The notes under the pieces were generated by a model, which did not search any database, had not been told where the DNA came from, and was given only the letters and a program-made list of their open reading frames with translations. This document shows, one piece after another, positions 9,003 through 14,830 of a stretch of DNA of 15,784 nt (positions within the stretch are counted from its first letter, which is position 1; every line of letters begins with the position of its first letter). A program made the position numbers and the translations under genes. Location: the sequence record CM051312.1; one strand, 5' to 3'.

Positions 9003-9165
9003 AAAGGTAGAGTCTGCGTTGAACACCAGAACATAGGCTTGGAAGCAGCCACTGTGCTTGGAAAGCGTAATAGCTCACTGGTCTAGCAGTACTCCGCTTA
9101 TATATGTCCGGCACTCCAAATTGCCGAAGCCCGCCTATGACAATACCACCTTAGTGGTTTACTTT
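9003..9165 (+). rRNA. LSU rRNA module (probably L5; about 23S 1020-1130, GTPase-associated region)
   Basis: cttggaagcagccac...gaaagcgtaatagctcactggtc matches 23S TTAGAAGCAGCCATC...AAGAAAGCGTAATAGCTCACTGGTC. It is preceded by ttattataca. Confidence 0.8.
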
Positions 9166-9178
9166 ATAATACTATTGG

Positions 9179-9235
9179 GGACTCGGTGCAACCGAGTACC
9201 CTATAGCGGTGCGCGGCCAGCAGAGCTGGCCGCGC
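9179..9235 (+). repeat. Double-palindrome element (family B-A), copy upstream of trnQ
   Basis: ggactcggtgcaaccgagtac + cctatagcggt + gcgcggccag-cagag-ctggccgcgc. It is flanked by the 9-nt direct repeat ctattgggg at 9172-9180 and 9239-9247. The second copy contains the first 5 nt of trnQ. Confidence 0.88.
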
Positions 9236-9242
9236 ATCCTAT

Positions 9243-9314
9243 TGGGGCATAGCCAAGTGGTAAGGCATTGGACTTTGACTCCAAGATGCATGGGTTCGAA
9301 TCCTATTGCCCCAG
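9243..9314 (+). tRNA. trnQ: tRNA-Gln (anticodon TTG)
   Basis: Perfect 7-bp acceptor tggggca/tgcccca. Anticodon arm is ttgga-ctTTGac-tccaa. T arm is tgggttcgaatccta. Confidence 0.92.
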
Positions 9315-9439
9315 GATTAAGCTTTTACAAGGTACCGGAAGGCACTCGTTACAATGCTCGGCTTCGCCGAACGGACTGAGCCGCGTTGGTTTATTTGCCA
9401 AGCACCAAGCCACTTTTAGAAAAACAATTTGTTACTTTT

Positions 9440-10120
9440 TATTAATACCGTACTGCAAACCGACTCAGGTGGGCTAGTATATATACTCAGGCCATAGAAT
9501 CAACCATGTTAAAGGAACTCGGCAAAATGCACGCGTGACCTCGGAGGAAGCGTGGCTAAAAAGACTCAGCAAATAGCCGACAGCGACTGTTTACCAAAAA
9601 CACAGGATAGTGCTAACAGACGTAAATTAAGCTGCAAAAAGCGGTTTTATTTTTGGATGTATACTATCCGACGCCTGCCCAAAGGTGAAGAAAAACGGCG
9701 GCAGTAACTCTAACTGTCCTAAGGTAGCGAAATTCCTTGACGTTTAATTGGCGTCCTTGCATGAATGGCTGAACGACTGTCGGGCTGTCTCTAACATGGA
9801 ATCTGTGAATTTGAAATCTTCGTGCAGATGCGAAGGCGCTGGCAAGGGACGAAGAGACCCTATGCAGCTTCGCTGGGTGCTAAGAGTTGGTCGTGAATTG
9901 TTGTAGTGGGTTGGAAACTGACAGGTTCAATACCTGATTACCACGTACTTCTAGACATTTACTCTTATCCTCAAGCTTTTCTGGGACGGATGCTTCCTGA
10001 ATAGTAACGGGAGTGATCAATGGTACTGCTAACGACTTAAATAGAAAGCAGTGCTTGACTGTAAGAACCACAGTTCGAGCAGGGACGCAAGTCGGCATTA
10101 ATGACCCAGGGTAACATTTT
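9440..10120 (+). rRNA. LSU rRNA module (probably L7; about 23S 1600-2290, domains IV-V)
   Basis: Long runs match 23S: ccgtactgcaaaccgac, gactgtttaccaaaaacacag, gacgcctgccc, gtaactctaactgtcctaaggtagcgaaattccttg, gacgaagagaccctatgcagctt, gcttgactgtaag...cgagcagggacgcaagtc. The 5' boundary is uncertain. Confidence 0.85.
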
Positions 10121-10124
10121 ATCA

Positions 10125-10340
10125 AGTTGCTAGGTGACCCAATACGGGCATCGGGCAAAACTCGCGTAGGATTAGCGAGCTGGGTCGGCGACGCCAATAC
10201 AGCGGCCCATGGCTTATCCTTAGCCTGTCTTAACGGTACTAGGCCACGGTGGCACTGAAAAGGGGCCACGGTTCTTATGAACCCAGCAGTGTTGAATTTT
10301 GGACAATCGCTTGAACGGCGGATCCAGATGCTGCTTACAA
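10125..10340 (+). ncRNA. Unassigned structured segment between the L7 module and nad1 (probably the module called L3a)
   Basis: It is GC-richer than the spacers, carries no credible ORF, and I cannot align it to 23S. The name L3a is my recollection of the published module order. Boundaries are guesses. Confidence 0.35.
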
Positions 10341-10354
10341 ATACATTATATTTC

Positions 10355-11239
10355 ATGATCGTTGCTTCTATTTTGATTTTGATTGTTCCTGTTTTGTTGA
10401 GCGTCGCTATGTTTACTCTAGCTGAGCGCACCGTAATGGCTTCTATGCAACGCCGTTTCGGCCCACAAGTTTCCGGTATCAGTGGCTTGCTACAGCCGTT
10501 CTGGGATGGTTTGAAATTGGGTGTTAAAGAGCCTGTTCTACCTGATTCCAGTTCTGCCGGAGCCTTCGCTGCTAGTCCAATGATTAGTTTTGTACTAAGC
10601 CAAGTCGCTTGGGTTGGCATTTGCATTTCCGATGCTTCTTTCCAGGGCTTGGTAATCATGGCTATTAGTAGCTTGGCTGTATATGGTGTCATGTTGGCCG
10701 GTTGGGCTAGTAACTCTAAATACGCTTTCTTGGGTTGTCTGCGTTCTGTAGCCCTTATGGTATCTTATGAGTTGAGTTTGGGTGCTGCTTTGCTATCTAT
10801 CGGTCTGTTCGTCACTGACGGCACTGGTATGAAATGTTTGAACTTTGCTGAGATGCCTACCACCCCACAATATGCTATGTTGCCGCTATGCTTGATTTTC
10901 TTGGTATGTATTCTAGCTGAGACCAAACGCGTACCATTTGATCTACCAGAGGCTGAGGCTGAGTTGGTTGCTGGTTATAACGTAGAGTACAGTAGTTTGG
11001 GTTTTGCCCTATTCTTTATCGCCGAGTACGCTAACATGGCTGTAATGAGTGCTATTGCTAGCATTTACTTCTTGGGTGGCTTCAGCGCCCTTAAAATTAC
11101 TGCCCTGTTCTTTGCTTTTGTATGGACTCGCGGTACTTTGCCACGTTATCGTTACGACCAATTCATGCGCCTAGGTTGGAAAGCTTTCCTACCGCTAACC
11201 TTGGCTTTCTTCGCCTTGCATGCTAGCGTAGCTATCTAA
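10355..11239 (+). CDS. nad1: NADH dehydrogenase subunit 1
   Basis: ND1 hallmarks are present: LAERTVMASMQRRFGPQ, GLLQPFWDGLKL, ETKRVPFDLPEAEAELVAGYNVEYSS, RGTLPRYRYDQFM. The ORF track opens at 10277, inside non-coding RNA-like sequence. I place the start at the ATG at 10355 (294 aa), which is preceded by acattatatttc. An alternative ATG is at 10328. TAA stop. Confidence 0.9.
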   Translation: MIVASILILIVPVLLSVAMFTLAERTVMASMQRRFGPQVSGISGLLQPFWDGLKLGVKEPVLPDSSSAGAFAASPMISFVLSQVAWVGICISDASFQGLVIMAISSLAVYGVMLAGWASNSKYAFLGCLRSVALMVSYELSLGAALLSIGLFVTDGTGMKCLNFAEMPTTPQYAMLPLCLIFLVCILAETKRVPFDLPEAEAELVAGYNVEYSSLGFALFFIAEYANMAVMSAIASIYFLGGFSALKITALFFAFVWTRGTLPRYRYDQFMRLGWKAFLPLTLAFFALHASVAI

Positions 11240-11274
11240 TATTATTTTATTCTGCTTAGACTCATCTATACAAT

Positions 11275-11320
11275 GAGTGCCTAAGCACTCCATTGCGGTG
11301 CTCGGTGAAACCGAGCATCC
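11275..11320 (+). repeat. 46-nt bipartite hairpin module (family D-C)
   Basis: gagtgc-ctaa-gcactc + cattgc + ggtgctcggt-gaa-accgagcatcc. It starts 35 nt after the nad1 stop. Confidence 0.85.
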
Positions 11321-11386
11321 AATACTAAAGAAACTTTACTGGCTTAGTACTGGGACCCCATTTTTAGTATACCTACATTATATACA

Positions 11387-11570
11387 ACGTCTATTGGACC
11401 CGAAACCGATCGATCTAGCGACGTGCAGGTCTGACTTTAATCAGGACCGAACCCGTGTCTGTTGCAAGAGACTGGGATGACACGTGGCTAGGGGTGAAAG
11501 GCCAATCAAGTTCGGTAATAGCTGGTTTTCTGCGAAATCTATTCAGGTAAAGAGTGTGTACTAAGACCAT
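11387..11570 (+). rRNA. LSU rRNA module (probably L3b; about 23S 630-840, domain II)
   Basis: gacccgaaaccgatcgatctagc, ggaccgaacc, ggctaggggtgaaaggccaatcaa and atagctggtt match 23S GACCCGAAACCCGGTGATCTAGCC...GGACCGAACC...GGCTGGGGGTGAAAGGCCAATCAAAC...GATAGCTGGTTC. It is preceded by attatataca. Confidence 0.82.
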
Positions 11571-11582
11571 TAATTATATATA

Positions 11583-12701
11583 ATGTTTACTGTAAACTAC
11601 ATTTTGGATTTGTTCCACACTATCAATGCTACTGAGGTGCAGCATACTCTAATGCTCGCTCTAATGCATAAACGCCCGGCTTCTCTGCATGAGGTACTAC
11701 GACTGGCTGGTCTGCTACAAGGGTACAAGGACTTTCTGAGTCTAACTAAACAAGCCGAGGCTTTCTTCCAAGCCGGTGACTACCGTTCTGCTTTTAACAC
11801 CATTAGCAAAATGTGGGTGCATCCTCAGATTGTGCCTGCCCTGCTTCTAATGGAGTGCTTTGAGACTCGCGAGCTAACGGTGCCTTACTGGTACAAAAGT
11901 ATAAAACTACGCCGACAGTACATCCAGAAAAAGAACGGAGGGGTCCGTCCTATTGTTGTTGCCCACAAAGGCCTACGCATCTGTATGGCAGTGATCAATC
12001 GTCTATTGCAATCCTGTTGCGTTTCTTGGTCTAACCAGACTTTTGGCTTCCGTCCTGGTTTTGGTACCCATCATGCTGTTTTGCACCTAGCTCAAAAAGC
12101 TCAACAAATGCTTAACAAACAACAACAAGCCGTACTTATCACTTTCGATTTGCAAGCCGCTTATAATTCCGTTGATATTAAGCACTTGATGCAGACTCTA
12201 CAGTTGCAATACCTTCCCAATGACATGAAAAAACTCATTTGGATGTGGCAGCACTTGCCTCTTGCTCAGCTAAACGCCGGTATCAATGGACTTGCCCAAG
12301 GTTATGCTTATAGCCCTACACTTTTCGCTTGGTATGTTGATCAATTGGTGGGCCAACACATGGACTTTACTATTTATGCGGATAATTTTGCGGGTGTATT
12401 CCTCACTCAACAAGATGCGCAATTCGCGGTCAAAGAGGCGCAAACTCTGCTACAAAAAAGCGGACTATTGATCGCACCAAGCTCCATTAAGATGCACCTG
12501 CTGGATAAAAACCAGCACTCCGAGTTGAATTGGCTAGGGCACAACGTACTGTTCCCCAGTTGCACTGTAAAGCTACAACACCACCAGCTGCTAGTTAACC
12601 AACACTCCCCACAAGTATGGACCATTCAAAAATGGGATAAAATGCTACGTACATTGGGTTGGGTGCAGCTTGCCTTGAATGCAGATTGGCGCCGTTTCTA
12701 G
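11583..12701 (+). CDS. rtl: Reverse-transcriptase-like protein (group II intron/retron-type RT domain only, free-standing)
   Basis: 372-aa ORF with ATG start and TAG stop. RT blocks can be read in the translation: KKNGGVRPIVV, FGFRPGFGTHHAV, ITFDLQAAYNSVD, LAQGYAYSPTLFAWYV, IYADNFAG (YxDD box reads YADN, 12375-12386), LNWLGHNV. Its codon usage differs from the respiratory genes. Confidence 0.9.
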   Translation: MFTVNYILDLFHTINATEVQHTLMLALMHKRPASLHEVLRLAGLLQGYKDFLSLTKQAEAFFQAGDYRSAFNTISKMWVHPQIVPALLLMECFETRELTVPYWYKSIKLRRQYIQKKNGGVRPIVVAHKGLRICMAVINRLLQSCCVSWSNQTFGFRPGFGTHHAVLHLAQKAQQMLNKQQQAVLITFDLQAAYNSVDIKHLMQTLQLQYLPNDMKKLIWMWQHLPLAQLNAGINGLAQGYAYSPTLFAWYVDQLVGQHMDFTIYADNFAGVFLTQQDAQFAVKEAQTLLQKSGLLIAPSSIKMHLLDKNQHSELNWLGHNVLFPSCTVKLQHHQLLVNQHSPQVWTIQKWDKMLRTLGWVQLALNADWRRF

Positions 12702-12756
12702 TACTAGACTACCATTTACAAGAATAGGAGGTGTACATCTACCTTAACTATTAAAG

Positions 12757-12796
12757 GAGTGCCTGTCGGCACCCACCTGCGGTGCTCGGTGAAACC
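12757..12796 (+). repeat. Bipartite hairpin module (family D-C), 3'-truncated copy
   Basis: gagtgcc-tgtc-ggcaccc + acctgc + ggtgctcggtgaaacc. The 16-mer is identical to 11297-11312 and 13830-13845, but the 3' arm is missing. It starts 55 nt after the rtl stop. Confidence 0.75.
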
Positions 12797-12890
12797 CCAA
12801 GGTCTAGCTACGATTTGCTATATTATTAGAAAATTAAATAGGTCGATAAAACTGCTTTTCTAAAGAGAGAGAGCACACACGAATTATACA

Positions 12891-13320
12891 CAGTTACCCT
12901 GATCAACGGACAAAAGCTACGCTAGGGATAACAGGCTTATCCGCCTTTAGAGTTCCTATCGATGGGCGGGTTTGGCACCTCGATGTTGGATCATCGCGTC
13001 CTGTGGCTGAAGGAGGTCGCAAGGGTTGGATTGTTCGTCCATTAAAGCGGTACGTGATCTGAGTTCAGACCGTCGTGAGACAGGTCGGTTTCTATCTTTG
13101 TCAGCGAAAGGCTTGTTTTCTAGTGAGTTTGACACTCACGCCGAAACGCCTATGCACTGTTAGCCGCTGGGGGCGAGTACGAAAGGACCAGACCCCTATA
13201 AACCTCTGGTACACTTGTTGTCATTTACACGGCATAGCAAGAAAGCTAAGTTTTAAAAGGCTAGATTGCCTACATTCAATAACACCGAATGACCCCGACT
13301 TACAAAAGTTTAGGACTAAA
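12891..13320 (+). rRNA. LSU rRNA module (probably L8; about 23S 2430-2900, peptidyl-transferase centre and sarcin-ricin loop)
   Basis: ctagggataacaggcttatccgcc, tttggcacctcgatgttgg, gttcagaccgtcgtgagacaggtcggt and gagtacgaaaggacc match the corresponding 23S domain V-VI strings. It is preceded by gaattataca. Confidence 0.88.
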
Positions 13321-13334
13321 TTTTATGAATTGTT

Positions 13335-13732
13335 TGTGAACACCCCCCAAGCACGTGCCAGAAGGGTCGGTAAAACGTGCGGTGTCAGTATAAAGCGTCT
13401 TGACTAGGCAGGCAGCGCGTCTGAGCGTTAATGGTGAACACTTTAAACGTTGGGTAATATTCGGAGGATCGGTCAAATGAGAATATTCCGGATGGAAAGC
13501 CGAAGGCGAAAGCACCAACATCAGAGTCACTAAAGCTTCAACGCGTAAGTTTGGGTAGCGAACCGGATTAGAGACCCGCAGTAGTCCAAACCGTCAACAC
13601 ATTATAGTTTTCAAATCTATAACGCCTGGTGATACGGTGGCAACACTATAAATCAAAGCAATTGGCAGCGATAGAGATGCGCGGTGGAATATGCTGTTTA
13701 AATCGAATTTACGCGCAAAATCTTACCACTTT
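13335..13732 (+). rRNA. SSU rRNA module S2 (about 16S 500-990)
   Basis: gtgccagaagggtcggtaaaac (530 loop), ggattagagacccgcagtagtcc (790 region), gcggtggaatatgctgtttaaatcgaa...cgcgcaaaatcttacc (940-985 region). Confidence 0.85.
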
Positions 13733-13743
13733 TTATTATATGA

Positions 13744-13800
13744 GTACTCGGTGTAACCGAGTACCCGATATTGGTGCTCGGCCAGCAGAGCTGGCCGAGC
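13744..13800 (+). repeat. Double-palindrome element (family B-A), most complete copy
   Basis: gtactcggtgtaaccgagtac + ccgatattggt + gctcggccag-cagag-ctggccgagc. It is flanked by the 10-nt direct repeat atatgagtac at 13738-13747 and 13804-13813. It lies 61 nt upstream of trnM. Confidence 0.9.
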
Positions 13801-13829
13801 ATCATATGAGTACAATTGTACACGATAGA

Positions 13830-13845
13830 GGTGCTCGGTGAAACC
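13830..13845 (+). repeat. Solo copy of the 16-mer ggtgctcggtgaaacc (family C 5' half)
   Basis: Exact match to 11297-11312 and 12781-12796, with no complementary 3' arm following. Confidence 0.8.
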
Positions 13846-13861
13846 TAGTATCATATTACAA

Positions 13862-13933
13862 AGACACGTAGCTTAGTGGTAAAGCACTGGTCTCATAAGC
13901 CAGCTATCGCAAGTTCGAATCTCGCCGTGTCTA
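13862..13933 (+). tRNA. trnM: tRNA-Met (anticodon CAT), elongator-like
   Basis: Perfect acceptor agacacg/cgtgtct with positions 1 and 72 paired. D arm is gctt/aagc. Anticodon arm is ctggt-ctCATaa-gccag. The T loop is ttcgaat, with one A-C mismatch in the T stem. It lacks the three consecutive G-C pairs in the anticodon stem that are typical of initiator tRNAs. Confidence 0.9.
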
Positions 13934-13944
13934 TTACATTTTTA

Positions 13945-14060
13945 TACTATACCGGTAGCGCAAGCGAATGGTAATGGATCTAATACAACACATTCAGACA
14001 ATCGGCGGTAAGGTCAATTGTCAAGAGGAGAACAGTCCAGAGGCGAGGCTAAGGTGCCTA
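13945..14060 (+). rRNA. LSU rRNA module (probably L4; about 23S 850-1010)
   Basis: gaggagaacagtccagaggcgaggctaaggtgcctaa matches 23S GAGGGAAACAACCCAGACCGCCAGCTAAGGTCCCAAA. The 5' boundary is approximate. Confidence 0.72.
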
Positions 14061-14076
14061 ACAATTATTATATACA

Positions 14077-14405
14077 AATAGCTCTTGCATTGCTGAAAAG
14101 TTCGAGCGGGACCTCGCCCTTAGTGCCGGTCTTTGCCACGTTTTCTGAACGGTCGAGCAAGTCATCATGGGGCTTATAGAGTGGGCTACAGGCGTATTAC
14201 ATTGGACACCCACAAGTTGGATACCAAAACTGTCCGAATATACGGATTGGAGTAGCAAAACGAGAGAACTATACAGTTCGTTTGCATCGTTATGCCTTGC
14301 TGAAACTGCCTCCATGAAGAAGGAATCGCGAGTAATCGTAGATCATTAGCGCTACGGTGAAGGTAACCTCTATTGTGCACACATTGCCCGTCACCTCCGA
14401 TAATA
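14077..14405 (+). rRNA. SSU rRNA module S3 (about 16S 1045-1410)
   Basis: caagtcatcatggggcttat, ggctacaggcgt, ggattggagt, ccatgaagaaggaatcgcgagtaatcgtagatca and gcacacattgcccgtcac match 16S 1195-1405. It is preceded by ttattatataca. Confidence 0.85.
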
Positions 14406-14522
14406 GTATTGTACAGGAAGAACTATGGCTACACTTAAGTCGCGGCCTAGGAACGTATGCGTGATATTAGAGTTGGAGTAAGTCGTAACAGGTTGGGGTA
14501 GGGGAACCTGCTCCAGAGTCAA
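14406..14522 (+). rRNA. SSU rRNA 3'-terminal module (S4; about 16S 1410-1540)
   Basis: ggagtaagtcgtaacaggttggggtaggggaacctgc matches 16S GGTGAAGTCGTAACAAGGTAACCGTAGGGGAACCTGCGG. The S3/S4 break point cannot be seen in DNA. The region appears contiguous with S3. Confidence 0.6.
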
Positions 14523-14532
14523 ATTTATATAA

Positions 14533-14705
14533 AAGGGATTGCTGACTGATAGTGCAAACAGTACTGTGAAGGAACTAATGAAACTGGGCTAAAACACTAT
14601 AAACACTAAGTGCGCATTCCACTATACGTGAGCATTAGCGCATTACCATTCTCCAGAGGATTTAAATGCACAAACCTATTTATGCCTTTTGGCATATGAT
14701 TACAC
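14533..14705 (+). rRNA. LSU rRNA module (probably L1; about 23S 440-530, 3' part of domain I)
   Basis: gctgactgatagtgcaaacagtactgtgaaggaa...aatgaaactgggctaaaacac matches 23S CTGACCGATAGTGAACCAGTACCGTGAGGGAAAG...GTGAAAAAGAACCTGAAACCGTG. The 3' boundary is uncertain. Confidence 0.65.
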
Positions 14706-14719
14706 TTCGTTATATATCA

Positions 14720-14822
14720 CCCGTTCAACATTTTTACAAACAGCTATAATTTAGCGTACCTTTTGCATTATGGGTTAGCTACTCAATAGACGTGAGTTAA
14801 GCAGAAAGCTTACTGAGATTTT
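14720..14822 (+). rRNA. LSU rRNA module (probably L2a; about 23S 560-640, start of domain II)
   Basis: gcgtaccttttgcattatgggttagc matches 23S GCGTACCTTTTGTATAATGGGTCAGC. In rRNA coordinates it continues directly into the module at 11387-11570. Confidence 0.7.
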
Positions 14823-14830
14823 TTTATAAC

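Noticed and set aside
9356-9372. gctcggcttcgccgaac, a possible degenerate family-A palindrome downstream of trnQ
   Set aside because: It has only a 6-7-bp imperfect stem and lacks the characteristic ccag/ctgg core. It may be a relic, but it cannot be told apart from chance.
9880-10692. 270-aa ORF on the minus strand
   Set aside because: It runs antisense across the L7 rRNA module, the unassigned segment and the 5' part of nad1. It lies on the non-transcribed strand of the rightward unit, and its product has no recognisable family.
11260-11342. Short shared strings actcatct and aaactttactgg between the nad1 3' flank (11260-11267, 11331-11342) and the region after the internal telomere copy (15122-15129, 15135-15146)
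   Set aside because: The matches are real but short (8 and 12 nt) and occur in a different order relative to the hairpin module. They are probably fragments of the same dispersed-repeat family rather than a separate feature, and I could not define a unit.
13075-13407. ORFs overlapping rRNA modules and spacers (8504-8701, 9058-9252, 9268-9477, 11277-11480, 13075-13407, 13300-13530, 13629-13841, 14058-14315, 14167-14349, 14186-14380, 15063-15290, 15149-15349, 15210-15413)
   Set aside because: They overlap sequence with clear 16S/23S identity, tRNA genes, palindromic repeats or the TIR. They are short, have no family resemblance, and their codon usage is unlike the real genes.
8557-13845. Possibility that the recurring GC-rich palindromes form a CRISPR-like array
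   Set aside because: The copies are kilobases apart, not regularly spaced, in both orientations, and of several different families. There are no cas-like ORFs, and this is an organelle genome.
14606-14616. 11-mer ctaagtgcgca shared between the telomere tip (12-22) and the LSU module at about 14606
   Set aside because: It is a single short match with no extension on either side. It is mildly unlikely by chance, but this was one of many comparisons made, so it is not enough to claim a relationship.
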